The notes under the pieces were generated by a model. The model was not told the origin of the DNA and made no database searches. It was given only the letters and a program-made list of their open reading frames with translations. A stretch of DNA of 64,000 nt from NCBI GenBank assembly GCA_951406725.2, contig OX597830.1:35092001-35156000 (forward strand), written 5' to 3'. Source of the DNA: Octopus vulgaris. Its lineage: Eukaryota. Shown here one piece after another: positions 1-13,924 of this stretch. Position 1 is the stretch's first letter. Every line of letters starts with the position of its first letter. A program made the translations under genes and the position numbers.

Positions 1-331
1 TCCTGAAACGAGAAAACCACTCATAAGCTTGTGATTTGCTCTTGGCAGCGTCCTTGTTAGCTGTTTCAAGCATAACAACTGTTTCGGATACCGTTTTCCC
101 CCAGCAGAAAACAGAATTACACGGAAGCACGCCGTTCCTTCGTTTCACAAAATCGACGAACAGAGCAGAAACACTGAAAAACAAATACGCACCACGTGCA
201 GCACAAAAACCACCGAAGACGTCTGTCGGCAGACTGATACCTGAGGGTCGCATCAAGTGGCTTCTAGCAGCGGGTTTGTCCCACAGAGAACATTTCCAGT
301 TACTTTAGGGTATTTTAGGGTATTCACTCGT
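1..331 (-). mobile_element. Mariner (Tc1/mariner) DNA transposon, 5' end with a disrupted transposase N-terminus; continues off the window start
   Basis: Minus strand 1-145 translates, with one stop and one frameshift in a G run, as KERRASV*FCFLLG/KTVSETVVMLETANKDAAKSKSQAYEWFSRFR. This matches the mariner HTH N-terminus pattern (KFC.LLGK...ET..ML..AY....S...VYEWF.RF). A TA-CGAG-like terminus lies at ~331. Confidence 0.8.
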
Positions 332-429
332 ATTTTATGCTTAGCCAGGGCCAATAGTTTTCATAAAATATCTATCTACTTATATTTGAAAATATCTCCG
401 ACAGTATCATCAGAATGAAGTGAGAGCAA

Positions 430-735
430 TAGTCCTTTCTATTGGAAGGAGGGAGCCAACCGGTTATATCGATCTCCGTTCTCTAGTGTTGCTTATTTTT
501 ATCGTACCCCAAACGATGAAGGGCAAGATTGACATCGGCAGGTTTTCAACGCAGAATGCAAGAAATCAGAAGAAAAGGGACAAAACTTGTTTATCGAACG
601 TTCAAACGATCCTACTAGGTCGCTGCCTTCAGTGATAATTATAAGTCGTCCTTTCTAACTTTGACATAAGGCAAACAATTTTGAGAAAAGAGTAAGTCAA
701 TCGGATCAGTCCGTGTGCTCAACTGGTACTTGTTA
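430..735 (-). mobile_element. Two degenerate SINE family A fragments
   Basis: Reverse-strand similarity to the family A body (GATGAAGGGCAAGATTGACATCGGCAGG; CAACTGGTACTT) and to its 3' tail. Confidence 0.55.
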
Positions 736-760
736 ATATTTTCACAACTATTGTTTTATA

Positions 761-1400
761 AAGGCGGCGAACAGGCAGAACAAGTGGCGAGCTGGCAGAA
801 ACGTTAGCTCGCCGGGCGAAATGCGTAGCCGTATTTCGTCTGCCGTTACCTTCTGAGTTCAAATTCCGCCGAGGTTGAGTTTGCCTTTCAACATTTCAGT
901 GTCGGTAAATTAAGTACCAGTTACGTACTGGGGTCGAAGTAATCGACTTAATCCGTTTGTCTGTCCTTGTTTGTCCTCTCTGTGTTTAGCCCTTTGTGGC
1001 TAGTAAAAAAATAGGTATTTCGTCTTCCGCCATGTTCTGAGTTCAAATTCCACCGAGGTCGACTTTGCCTTTCATTCTTTCGAGGTCGATTAAAAAAGTA
1101 CCAGTTACGCACTGGGTTCGATGTAATCGACCTAATCCCTTTGTCTGTCCTTGTTTGTCCCTTCTGTGTGTAGCCCCTTGTGGGCAATAAAGAAATAAGA
1201 ACTTTAACTGCGTCACAGAAGATGCTTAAAGTTTGCATTTCGTCCGGCTTCACGTTCTTAGTTCATTTGCCACTGCGGTCGACTTTGCCTTTCATCCTTT
1301 CGGGTTCGATAAAAGAAGTACCATTTGAGAACTGGGGGTCGATGTAATCGACTTGCCACATCCCCTCAAAATTGCTGGCCTTGCGCCAAAGTTTGAAACC
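761..1400 (+). mobile_element. tRNA-derived SINE family A with duplicated head and three body units
   Basis: Head GGCGAGCTGGCAGAAACGTTAGC and B-box-like GAGTTCAAATTCC. The body GACTTTGCCTTTCATCCTTTCGGGGTCGATAAATTAAGTACCAG recurs at ~880, ~1060 and ~1280. Same sequence recurs more than 12 times in the window. Confidence 0.9.
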
Positions 1401-1439
1401 AGTATTTTTTTACTAATTTTATTTCATAAATTATGATAA

Positions 1440-1575
1440 TGCGATCTGTGTATGGTAAGAAGTTTGCTTCCCAACCACATGGCCCAGGGTTCGGTATCAC
1501 TGTGTGGCTCCTTGAGCAATTGTCTACTTCTCTACTTCTAATAGCATCGGGATGACCAACGTCTTGTGAGCAAGT
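1440..1575 (+). mobile_element. SINE family B, 5' fragment
   Basis: TGGTAAGAAGTTTGCTTCCCAACCACATGG...GGGTTC head followed by CORE-like CCTTGAGCAA. Confidence 0.7.
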
Positions 1576-2124
1576 ATTGTTGTTATTTGCCCTGTGTAAC
1601 GGTTTGATATCTGTTTTGAAATGTTTATATCTTAACATTTGCCTGAAGTCCCTTGTATGGTTTGCAAGTCTGTGCCCTTTTTTGTGTTTGTGAAAGGCTT
1701 TTTTTGCCTAATATTCTATAAATGTATATTTGTGGCTGCGTATGATCCACATTGCACTCACTTTTTATTGACATAGTCATCAGATATCCTTGTTCCCCTT
1801 ACTATGATATATCTGTGTGGTTTGTGAAGTTTTGCAGAATGCATCGTTCGAACCTGTGAATTTCTAATATTTTTCTATAGATAACTCTCCAAAAAAATCT
1901 GTTCACGTATGCCATTTTAATGCATGTTGTATACCATTTTAATGCATGTTGGTTTCACTCTTAAGACTGTCTTCATTTGAATCTTCATAATTGATGAGAA
2001 CATCTAAGAAAGCTGGTTTTGTGTGTACGTTCAAATTGTGTAATACGCATCACTTTGTTATGAAACGTTCGTAGTCAGTGTTTACCTGTTCCATTCTGTA
2101 CTTGTTTTAGTTTTATCCTATATA

Positions 2125-2330
2125 TAAAGTTAATCCAAACAAGAAAGCACAAAAAAACACAACAACGCGAGGACGTGGAACAAATATAGTATTATTGGAC
2201 GCTAAGGAAAGAAGGAAAGAAGGTGGGTCTAACGTTTCGAGCGGAGCTCTTCGTCGGAAACATAGAAGGAAAGATCCAGAGAAGGGAAGACAGAAGAAAA
2301 AAAATCGGCAACGGTACACACGAGGTCACA
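2125..2330 (-). mobile_element. Short non-coding Penelope-like pLTR cassette flanked by TA repeats
   Basis: Contains a minimal hammerhead motif at 2227-2261 and is bounded by TATATA on both sides. Confidence 0.6.
2227..2261 (-). ncRNA. Minimal type I hammerhead ribozyme, CCGA core variant
   Basis: Minus strand reads GUUU-CCGACGA-A-GAGC-UCC-GCUC-GAAA-CGUU-AGAC. Stem I GUUU/AGAC, stem II GAGC/GCUC, palindrome AACGUU at stem III. Confidence 0.7.
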
Positions 2331-2619
2331 TATATATATATATTTGTGCATGTATATATGTGTTTATGAGTTGTGGTGAGAGTCATTGATATCCTTGGCG
2401 GATTGGAAGAATAGACTAGCCGAACTCTTATAAAGAGTAATAGTCGGTAGTTGTCGGGGAGAGTGTTTTGATAGTCTCGCGATGTACGTCGTGTGAACAC
2501 AATGATTAAACCTCTGCTGCATAATTTATCTGTACCAATCTGTGTGGCAGGCTATAAAAATATGCATATATGTATAAAGATATAAATGATTGAGCGCATG
2601 TATGTAAATATATATAGAT

Positions 2620-2625
2620 AGATAG

Positions 2626-2663
<38 letters not shown>

Positions 2664-2749
2664 TAGATGGGTAAAACTTACTTGGAAAAGGATGCGTGGC
2701 TTTCGATCATATGATAATATAAATAATATATAAATATATGCATATATAC

Positions 2750-2835
<86 letters not shown>

Positions 2836-2880
2836 GCATATATGTGCATACCTACATATATATGCATATATACATGCATA
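2620..2880. repeat. (GA)n and (TA)n microsatellites
   Basis: Direct observation. Confidence 0.95.
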
Positions 2881-3190
2881 TATGGGTACAGGACATAAGA
2901 AAACGTTGAAATGAAAACATAAAAACAAAAACATAGAAACGAACTATTTTACGAAAAACGAAAAAACAAGCAGAGAAACGAGACATACAAAATACAGATA
3001 ATACCCCTTCTTCAGTTGTTACTTTTTCATCTATTCCACGTTACGAGGGCAAGGTCAAGACGCCACTTCGTTGAAACAATCCTTCCCGTAATGCAAATTA
3101 AATAAAATTTGGAATTTTTTGCGGAGGATGAAAGTGGTAGCAAGAACAGGACAGTTGGAACAAAACAGTAAAAACATACGGTGGTGTGTA
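2880..3190 (-). mobile_element. Repeat family copy, probably a PLE 3' end with eroded hammerhead-like motifs; homologous to 52840-53030
   Basis: Minus strand ACAACTGAAGAAGGGG...TGTCTCGTTTCTCTG...ATGTCCTGTACCCAT aligns with 52863-53017 on the plus strand. Confidence 0.6.
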
Positions 3191-3359
3191 TGAGTGTATA
3201 TGTGTGTGTGTCCCAGTATAAGGTTATGTATGTGGATGTACGTATATAAGTACGTATAGATGAGTGTTCTCGTGTGTGCCTCGGTATATGTGTCTCACTG
3301 TGTATCTTACTCTGTGTGTGTGTCTGTGTGTTATAATAGAAATATAAAGAAGGAAGGAG

Positions 3360-3720
3360 GAATTGAACCTTAAACAGCGTAAACTTAAAACGAATAGGTC
3401 TATTACCTGGTACAAGATTGGATCCCTGACTGGTCCCGTATAATCGAACCACCATCTAGAAATCTTGGGTATAGTAAGGTACAAGAGATACAGAAGATAC
3501 AAAACGTTACGGTCAACTGTGAATTAGTAGAGATTGTCTTTTTGTATACTGTAATGTGGTTATTTAGATGGAGCGCATTCAACATCCTAAACAACTTAAG
3601 TCTGCTATGTTCTTCAGATTCCATTCCACTTAACATCTATCTATAATTTAATACAGATTTTCAGATAATCGCTGCACCGAAGCTTATTTTTTGCTTTTTT
3701 AATCTCCGTATTTCAGCCAA
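3360..3720 (-). pseudogene. Possible highly decayed Penelope-like RT fragment
   Basis: Peptide LKLFRMLNALHLN...TVYKKT resembles the PLE RT motifs LN.LHP.I.FT and T.VYRKPT. It lies upstream of a PLE-like 3' end on the same strand. Confidence 0.35.
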
Positions 3721-3914
3721 ATACTTCGCTAAGTCGCGTCGGCTTAGACATTCGGTTTCGGTGAATTTAACCGATTATATCATACGGTGAGCCTATAACT
3801 AAAATACCTTATAGCTCTAGACGAGACATAAATACACGACGGTTTGTGGGTATGGTGGGGTCTTGCACTATTGTGTATGTACATAATATATATATACACA
3901 CACACACACACACA

Positions 3915-3948
<34 letters not shown>

Positions 3949-4091
3949 TATATGCATGTCTAAATGCATGTATGTATATACATAGGTGTGTGCTTCTGTT
4001 TATACGTGTATCTGTTCCTTATTAGTATTTATTTACACCTCATACCTTTACACACATCTACACACCACCCATAAACACTCCTGCTATGTTA

Positions 4092-4142
<51 letters not shown>

Positions 4143-4407
4143 GTATGTTTACGACTCCATATGTATGAGTGTACACTCAGCAACTCACCTACAGTTAAAT
4201 TTTGTTACAAGCATATATCTGAAAATATATATACATATATATATATAACTTAGAATAACTTAGAAAGGTTTTGGCCAGTATTGGCCCAGGCCATGTCTAA
4301 CTTAATAGCACCACCTGGCTATATATATATATACATAAATATTTATACATATATATATATATGCATACATATATATATATATATATACACACATACACAC
4401 ACAAACG

Positions 4408-4455
<48 letters not shown>

Positions 4456-5559
4456 CTGATGTACCAACCATGTGTGTGTGCATCCCCTTCGTTCATGTAA
4501 AGCATTTTAGATGCAGGATCACTGATAATGCGAAGTGTCTGCGCTCTGTTAACTCTTGTCATTTCTCTGTAAGTTTTCAGAAACAAACTCACACGTATGA
4601 TATAGCTAACAATGTACGGACCCGTTGCTGCACATATACAACAAGTAAGTAAAAGGTACATGCATATATACTCGCATAAACACTCTCAAAATGTCCAACG
4701 CACTTGTGCGTATTTTATATCCATATATAGATATAGTGAAAACACTTATTGAAATGCCCTATCTGAAGAAGATAATTTAAAAGTTGAAACATTTCTCGCT
4801 TGCATAGTTATTCGAAACACAAGTACTACACACATTATATGTTAATCAGTTCCATGCTATAATAATCTAGTTTGACCTTGTTACGATAACACGGATATTC
4901 CATCAAGAATTTGGACTGGATAATTGCAATAGACCCTAAACGAAAATGTTCTTAGCGTTTATCGCTTCTAAGCATAACACGTAACATAAAGACACACACA
5001 CACACACATACATACACACACACACACACACAAATACCCACATAAACATGCACACATATGTCTATATACCCCAATGAGCCATTTGATTGGTGGAATATTA
5101 TAAATATCCTTCGGTTATACATTCGTTGCTTTCAACCTTAATGCTATATCGCCTGATGAAATGAACCTACGAACTACGATACACTTGATGACCATGGATA
5201 CTATGAATCGTATTGTAATCATCCCAGGAATACGGATTATCATTGTATTGGAGGAAAGACGTCATTTTTGGAAACACATTTATTACGTTAAAATATTTAT
5301 AAATTCCATTCACTGATTTTTAATATTATCAATACACAGACACACACACACAAATGCAAACATAAAAAACCTTTCTTTGAGTAACATCATCTACATCCCA
5401 TAATCACCATCAATTACTACCAAACGCCAACACTATGAAATGTTTCTAAAATCTACAGCAGATGGGCAATTATGAACTTCGTTAATGATTTTAACTATTT
5501 CTCATTCTGTTTCCAATTTCTGCAAATGTTTGATTACCGATAGAAATAACACACTTAAT

Positions 5560-5772
5560 CCTTTCTACTTGAAGTAGAGGGCTTTAGATTTGTGGGGAGG
5601 GGACACGTAGATTAAATCGACACTAGTGTTTCACTGGTACTTAATTTATCAACCCCCAATGGATGAAAAGTAAAATCGACCTCGGCGGAATTTGATCTCA
5701 GAAAGTAGCGACGAGCGAAATACGTCTAAGCATTTCGTCCAGTGTGTTAACGATTCTGCCAGCTCACCGTTT
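5560..5772 (-). mobile_element. SINE family A
   Basis: Reverse complement of head, B-box, body and tail (TCGACCTCGGCGGAATTTGA; ACGATTCTGCCAGCTCACC). Confidence 0.85.
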
Positions 5773-6325
5773 TAAAAATAAGAGATACAATAAGAATCAA
5801 AACAGAAATACGAAACCTCATATAGTATATCAAAACAGCAGTACACAGGGTGGCGTCGAAAAACAGGTAAAAAGAGGGACATTTGTCTCTAGAGTGAGAG
5901 GACTAGTTATAGCCATAACCGTGACTATCTGGAAAGAATGCGTGCGGTTCCTACTCGGGCGTGGCAATGGGTCTTCTTGTTATTGAGACAACATCAACTT
6001 CTCTAACGCTATCACAAAAATGATTTTTCGACGTCGTCCATATGTCATCCAACCGTGAAAATACCCCAGGATATACTTACTCGGACTAACGCCGCTGATG
6101 AGCAGAATCGTTCTCTTGATGTCTTTCTTCATTCCTTCTAGCCCCATATTGAATACGAATTTTGGTGTTATTTTGACTGTACAGTACAGCCAGCTCAAGT
6201 AGAGTGCAGTGAGCGCTTGGCAACATTCCAAACGCAATAATATTATCAATGTTAAATGTAATAAAATAACTGTATTGAATTTTACAAAGCACAATAAAAT
6301 CCAAAACCGCACAAATAGATAGATA

Positions 6326-6455
<130 letters not shown>

Positions 6456-6562
6456 TCCTTCATTTTCAAATAGCCCCACCAACGCCAGTAGCAGAAATAT
6501 GAACAAGGAAAGTACTCCTTTAAAGTATACTACGAGGAAACAAAACAAAATTCACGGATATA

Positions 6563-6593
<31 letters not shown>

Positions 6594-6969
6594 TTATATA
6601 TATGTATATATAGGGAATAAAGTGAAAAATAATGAAACATCAAATTGAACATGAAAAACGCAGAAAACGAATAAAGATATTATAATATAAAATATGAACA
6701 ACAAATTGTTTTTCATCATATATCATATATATATTTGATATCAAATCTGAGAAAATATCAAATATCGCATCATAAACCGGACATGTTATACCGGAAATAA
6801 TAATCGACTTTATCATATAAATCGTAAAATGTCACACATCATATCGTGCTGTATTTGTTCCATAATAAAACTTTAGCTAATCGTTAAGACGAGATCATTT
6901 GGTTTCTGGTTTTGTTTCTTTGTTTTTGTTCTTTTGTTTGTTTTTTTTGTTTTCAATTTGCCAACGGGG

Positions 6970-7302
6970 ACATCACCATCATCATCGATATTACCGTTGC
7001 CGTCGCAGTTGTCATCAGCCTCATCGCCGCCATCGTCGTCGTCATCATGATCATGGTCATGATGATGATCGTCATCATCATCTTCAACGCAATTATTATT
7101 CACAAACACCATGGTTGTTACGACCTTCATCATCAACATCATCATCATCATCATCGTCATCATGATCATCATGATCATCATCATCACGAACACAACAAAC
7201 ATCACCAATAACATCGCCATCACCAAATTAGGCACACTTATCACTTCTTTGAACAAACATATTGCCAACGATCACATCATGATCATCAACACCATCATTA
7301 TC

Positions 7303-7346
<44 letters not shown>

Positions 7347-7390
7347 TATCTTTGTCATCGTCATCATTACCATTATCATAAGTAGCAACT

Positions 7391-7452
<62 letters not shown>

Positions 7453-7520
7453 TGTTGTTGTTGTTGTTGTTGTTGTAGTAGTACTACTACTACTACTACC
7501 ATCAGCGATCATCATCATGG
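6970..7520. repeat. Compound trinucleotide low-complexity tract (ATC, AGT, GTT, ACT)
   Basis: Direct observation. It explains the poly-H/I/S/M ORFs here. Confidence 0.9.
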
Positions 7521-7620
7521 GCCCCAGAATGGTTTTTGCTGCAAAACCCGGAACCATTGACTCCAACTTTAACGACTCTGCAAAACTACTAGGTTTAGAG
7601 TTTCAATATTATCGCTAAAC

Positions 7621-8105
7621 TAAGGCGGCCAGCTGGCAGAAACGTTAGCACGCCGGATGAAACGCTTAGCGGTATTTCGTCTGTATTAAAGGCGGTGAGC
7701 TGGCAGAATCGTTAGCACGTCGGGCGAAATGCTTAGCGGTATTTCGGCTGCCGTTACGTTGTGAGTTCAAATTCCGCCGAGGTCGACTTTGCCTTTCATC
7801 CTTTCGAGGTCGATAAATTAAGTACCAGTTAAGCACTGGGGTCGATATAATCGACTTAATACCTATGTCTGTCCATGTTTGTCCCCGCTATGTTTAGCCC
7901 CTTGTGGGTAATAAAGAAATAGGTATTTCGTCTGTCTTTATTTTCTGAGTTCAAATTCCGCCGAGGAATTCCTATTCCGCTGAAGTCGACTTTGCTTTCA
8001 TCCTTTCGAGTTCGATAAATTAAGTACCAGATGCGTACTGGGGTAATTTAATTGACTGCCTCGACCCCCAAATATTTCGGGCCTTGTGCCTAGAGTAGAA
8101 AAGAA
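7621..8105 (+). mobile_element. SINE family A with duplicated head and two body units
   Basis: Heads at 7622 and 7689, two bodies, and 3' tail TTTCGGGCCTTGTGCCTAGAGTAGAAAAG. Confidence 0.9.
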
Positions 8106-8279
8106 CATTATCGCTCAACCGTCTACAAATAACAGCCAAATATTGAGATTACTCACAGCGTTCTTCAAGAGCAAGATTTTGGAAAATGTTATTCAAGATA
8201 CACTATGAAGAGCAAATCTCATTTATAATCAAAGTCGTTGTATATAAGACTGGTCCAGCAGAGAAATATTTCGAACACA

Positions 8280-8365
8280 GGCACAGGCGCGAAAGTATGG
8301 TAAGAAGCTTGCTTCCCAACTACATGTTAGCGGGTTCAATCACACTGCGTGGCGTTTTGGGTTAA
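8280..8365 (+). mobile_element. SINE family B head
   Basis: TGGTAAGAAGCTTGCTTCCCAACTACATG...GGGTTCAATCACACTGCGTGGC. Confidence 0.7.
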
Positions 8366-8840
8366 CGGTTTTATAGCCGTTATCTCAATATCTATTTGTA
8401 ATCGGTATATTTTTACTATCTCTCAAGAGATTCATCTTATAATGATTTTAAGAAAGATTGCTGAATAAAGGTAGAAGATGAAGATAGGTCAGTTGTATCT
8501 GGTTTGTTGTCGGACTCATCACCCTTAAATGTAATGAAACGTGCGTCGTAAATAATTTCAAGCAGCAATTAGATCATATCACCTTTAAAAACTAAACTCC
8601 TTACTCAGACAAATATCACAGAATAAACCTGAGAAGTTTATATCTATATACTCTTTATAATATATTTGATAAGGTTCACCTTTTTAAGAACATGGATTCT
8701 ATTGAATGTATGTAACAATTATGAACTGTTCCATTATACTGTTTATTATAAATTATTTTAATAAGGTTCGTTATTTCAAGAACCGAAACATGTAAAATTA
8801 AAATTTATCTAATATAGTGGCGTTTTCAAACTTCTTTTTT

Positions 8841-8880
<40 letters not shown>

Positions 8881-9076
8881 TAAATGTGTTTTGCTGATTC
8901 AAGCACTTCACTTTTCTTGTCTGATAGAATGCTGGGTTACACCATGGGACTGATTTCCTTTTAATAGGCATTATAAGGAACACTTCATGGTGTACGTCTA
9001 CAAATATATTAAAAACTTCCACAGATATGTTATATATGTATATGTTTGTATATATATATGCACATTTTTATTCACG

Positions 9077-9125
<49 letters not shown>

Positions 9126-10244
9126 ATATATATAAATACATACACACGCATATACATATATATACGCACACGCGTTCACATATACACATACATACACAAA
9201 CACACACACATATGTATGCAAATAAATACACGTATGTATATGTACTTGTACGTCGGCTTATTCGTCTACGTGGCTCATTAAATTTATGGCACATTCGATA
9301 TGTGATTCATTTGCAGTCAAACATTTTGCTGGAGTGTTTTTTGGTGGTGGTGGCGGTGGAGTTGTCCTTATATTTTTTTATTTTAGATTTATTTTCCCGT
9401 ATTTTGTATCTTTTTTTTGTTTTCGTTGTTGTTGTATACTTTCGTTTTTAATCTTGCCTTTCAATATCTTTCACCACATTTCTTCATTACACTCTAAGAA
9501 TTTTAATCTACCAAAATTCTTACTTTGAAAAATACCTGCCACTGAATCACAAGAAATATCTATAACCAAGTAAGAAAAAGAACGAAATCAACATCAACAA
9601 AGATGACATCATTATCAGCAAACGCAGCAATAATTACGACAGCAAATACAATAATAACTCCAACAACAACTAATAAAAATTATTCTGGGGTATTTATTTA
9701 TTTATTCATTTATTTATTTATTTTGCATCTTCAAAGGCAAAAGTCTTTAAAATTGTTGGTTTGTTTCTTTTACTATTTCTTTCTATATTTTTCTGCATTG
9801 TTTCACTAACTTTTGAACAAATTTCCTTTTCTCAAACTGAAACAGACATCGCCTTGATTAATTTTACATTCACTTTTAAGTAGCCGATCTAATTTGCAAA
9901 AATGAGTGGGAGAAATCTATTCCGAAAGGTTTATTGTTCTTTAAACAAGAATCAATCATGGAATATTCAAATGAAAAGTCCAAAACAGAAACTGAAATAG
10001 AACAAGAGAAAGGGAGAGAAAATGGAGAGAGATTTAGAATTTGTGGTATATAGAGTCATGGGTGAGGTAGAGAGGGTGAGAAAAATACAAAGAAAATCTG
10101 AAAGAAGAATGGTAAAAGGTAACAGAAGAAAAACAGAATCATCAAGGAGGCACAGAAATATATATAAAAAGAATTAAACAGAAATATAATATATAAATAA
10201 AGTTTCTGATTACGGCGAAATAAAAGTTGGAATAAGGAATAAAT

Positions 10245-10268
10245 GATACTACTACTACCGCTACCACA

Positions 10269-10312
<44 letters not shown>

Positions 10313-10613
10313 AAAGAAGAAAAGAAGAAAAGAAGAAGAAGACAACGAAGAAAAGGAAAAAGAAGAAGATGATGATGATGAAGAAGAAGGAGTAGAAGAA
10401 GAAGAAGAAGAAGAAGAAGAAGAAGAAGAAGAAGAAGAAGAAGAAGAAGAAGAAGAAGAAGAAGAAGAAGAAGAAGAAGAAGAAGAAATAAGGAAGAGGT
10501 GGAGGATAAGAGGGAAAAGATGAGGAACAAGATGAATACGAGGCAGAAAAATAACAAGAATGATGACGAACGTCATCATCGTCATGATCATCATTATCAC
10601 CATCATGATCGTG

Positions 10614-10644
<31 letters not shown>

Positions 10645-10802
10645 CTAGGAAATAACAGCAATTACAATTACAGTAACAGTAATAATAAAACTAAATTAGC
10701 AATCGTTATAATGGTATTAATAATAATAATCCGCTTAAAGTCAAAGCAATAAACATAATAATAATAACGTTAATAATAACAATGATAATAATAATGATGG
10801 TG

Positions 10803-10858
<56 letters not shown>

Positions 10859-10879
10859 CGTTACTATTATCATAATTTA

Positions 10880-10954
<75 letters not shown>

Positions 10955-11190
10955 CGAATAAAAACAAGAACAAGTCAGCCATCATAGCTTGTAAATCAGT
11001 TTCATAGAATAAAAAAAAGATATTGTTTTTGATTATACTCCTTTCCTTTCATTTATGCGCTTATTCCCCAGTTTAATTTCTTCAGTACTTATTTATTCGT
11101 TTCATTATCATCATCACTACCACCACCACCACCACCACTACCATCACCAACATCATCATCATCATCATCATCATCATTATTATTATCGCT
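10245..11190. repeat. Compound microsatellites (ACT)n, (AAG)n, (ATC)n, (AAT)n/(ATT)n, (ACC)n
   Basis: Direct observation. Confidence 0.9.
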
Positions 11191-11317
11191 CTCCAACGTA
11201 AATTTTTTTGTAAATTTTGTTGTCTTTTGATTACTTGTATTTATTTCTTGTATTTTCTTCATTTGTTAATTCCCACTCACATTCCTATTTTGTTTATTGT
11301 GCATATGTATATTGTAT

Positions 11318-11374
<57 letters not shown>

Positions 11375-12619
11375 TGTGCGTGTGTGAGTGAGGGCGCATA
11401 TGTGTATATGAATAAGTGTATGGCTATATACATATATATATATGCTCATGTATTTTAATTTCACACAGACGCATACACATGTACATACATATGTATATAC
11501 ATACGTACATACATAAATATACATATGCATATGTGTATGAGGCTTCTTCCCCTCTCATCTATTTTCTTTAAATACATTTCTATTATTTTATACTTTTTTT
11601 CTCTCAGAATAATTTCTTTCTTAAATCTTTATATCGTATTTTATTTATTTAATTTTGTTGCTTTGAAATAATTTCCATTTTACTAAATGATGAAAATCTA
11701 TAATTTAAAGAAGATAACTCGTTGTTTTCATAAGTCATAGAAATTCTTCAAAAGAGCGCTCTGCCATGTGTATGTTAAATTAAGAATAATTACATTTTTA
11801 ATCTGAATTCCATTTCTACTATTTCTTTTATATTTCTCCCGTTGTTTGTCCGCATTTCATTGCAGCCTCTTTTATTTTAAAATTCTTTTTAAACTTTTAC
11901 TCTTTTCATTTTACTGTTTGTGTTTCTTTTTCTTTTAATTCTAGTTTTCTTAGCCGACATTTTTAAACTTCTTCAGCTGCTTGTCTTTGAGTTTTGTGTA
12001 AAAATCTACAAATGTGTGTATACTATTAAAATAATTTGCATCTGTGCATACCATTATTTTTGCGTTCAATGGTGTAAAATGCAGTTCTAATCGCTGGAAT
12101 TGCAAACGAAATTCTAGAGGCTTAAAACGCTTAAACTGTTCACTTCTGCTTGTTTGTACACTTATATATACCTTTGTTTTGTTATGTAAGTATTAAATAC
12201 AAATGTATGCGTATGAAATGCATAATGCTCTTACACACATGCATATATATTTATATATATATACTATATACGCACATTCACGCACATACAAATATAAGTG
12301 TATAATAATTATTTGTATTTGTGCATATGTGTGTATGTGTTTGTGTGAGTGGAGAGAGAGAGAGAGAGAGAAAGAAATAGATTGATTGATAGACATATAG
12401 ACAAGAGTGTACGCCTCTCTGCTTGTAAATGTATATATATATATACACACATATCTATCTATGTGTGTGTTTGCGTGTGAGTATGTGCTTATATATATAT
12501 GTATGTATATATAAGTATATATAAATGAATGTGTATATATATATACGCATGTGTATAAATACACACACACACACACACATAGGTAGTATACACAGATGTA
12601 TGTGAGCATGCTCAGACGG

Positions 12620-13490
12620 TTGCGTGTATAATTATGTTTGCATAGGTGGCTTAAAGCGCTTGCTAAACACTTTGAAAGTTTTACATATTTCGACTTTGTC
12701 TTCGATGGCCTGTAGCTCTTATCAGTTGCTTAGACATGTTCTTTCTCGCTTTGTCAAACCCACTTTGTAAAGAATGTTACTGAAACAGCAAACTCTATAT
12801 CTAAGTAATCTAATAACTATTTGTAGATATTCAAATCTATGGCCTCAATGAAGAGAAAGCAATTTTCTCATTAGGTCAGTATAGATGTTTTCCCTTGCAA
12901 TAATATTTATCATAATGTTAACATTTTCTGGGTAACTGATTTCAGCTGTTGTGAATAATTTCTATTCTCTGCCCCGTAGCATTATATTTACTGATTTATG
13001 CTAGCATTTTTTTGAAAGTGTTGACAAGAATATATCACCAGCATTCAGTCATATTATGTGTATTTTTACTCTCAACACTATATGAGTTTCTTATGTTTAT
13101 ATCCTCTCTATTACCATTCTTATGGACTTTATAATAAAAATTTCTAGCCACTGAATCATATCGCATAGGTAGATACCACTCTGATGACAATCTTGAATTT
13201 TTTGGAAAACTGTTTATAATGTGGATGACGTGTGGCCTATCAATTCTACAGAGCCTGCATAGGTTGTCATATCTAGACGGTTTAGTTATAACCGTTTCAC
13301 TATTGTGTACCTGATATTTTCATCATACATACTATTTTATTGCCAGTATATGTATCAATATTTTCTACAATGTAGTTTTCAGCGGCACCCAAACAAAGCC
13401 AATTGAGTTTTTTTAGAAACGTAGTATTAAAGAAATGAGGGATCCTGCTGACTATCGTGGAGTAATTCAGAAGGAATATAATGCATGAAA
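12620..13490 (-). mobile_element. Decayed 3' part of an RLE-type non-LTR retrotransposon (R4/Dong-like)
   Basis: Minus-strand peptides DNLCRLCRIDRPHVIHIINS...YLPMRYDSVAR (CCHC knuckle and RHD motif) and AEISYPENVNI...ENIYTDLMRKL...FEYLQIVIRLL (restriction-like endonuclease region), with stops. Confidence 0.65.
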
Positions 13491-13924
13491 AATCAGTAAC
13501 ACTCATGAAAACAAAATGATGAGTTAAGACGTTTCGTATTGTTTAACTTTATCAGGAAAATACCGGTGAGTAAAGGAAAAAATGAGCTCGGAATGAATTG
13601 CGTTTTCAAGTTATAATACGTGCATGGCGAAAGATAATCGGTTAGGTTAAAAGTGTAAGTTATCTGGTACAGGAGAGTGTAATGTTTGTGCTTTGTGAGT
13701 AAATGCCGGTCACACCCGGAGCGAAACACAACGATAAAAAGTATGTATGTATGCATGAGTGGATGAGTAGAGGAAAGAGAGTTCGTGTCGGAAAATAAGC
13801 TGTTCTGGTGAGAGTGAAGCGTGTTCGTATGGATACAGCCACACGTGTGCATACGGTAGGTTGTTACTGAGCAACACAGATAAGCTTCAAAGAAGCAGAA
13901 CTATGATTGAATGTGTTCAAGCTG

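Noticed and set aside
36-308. 90-aa plus-strand ORF with a signal-peptide-like start
   Set aside because: It is antisense to the mariner transposase remnant and has a non-ATG start.
4761-5280. Hammerhead candidates at CTGAAGA (4763) and CTGATGA (5153)
   Set aside because: No convincing stems I-III. Isolated core heptamers at about 6095, 13181, 14814 and 47406 were dropped for the same reason.
5950-6312. 110-aa ORF as a host exon or RT fragment
   Set aside because: Only vague similarity to LINE RT, with no clear motif or splice structure.
6873-7566. His-, Asp- or Thr-rich ORFs as a possible exon
   Set aside because: Compound trinucleotide repeats are open in most frames on both strands, with no complex coding sequence.
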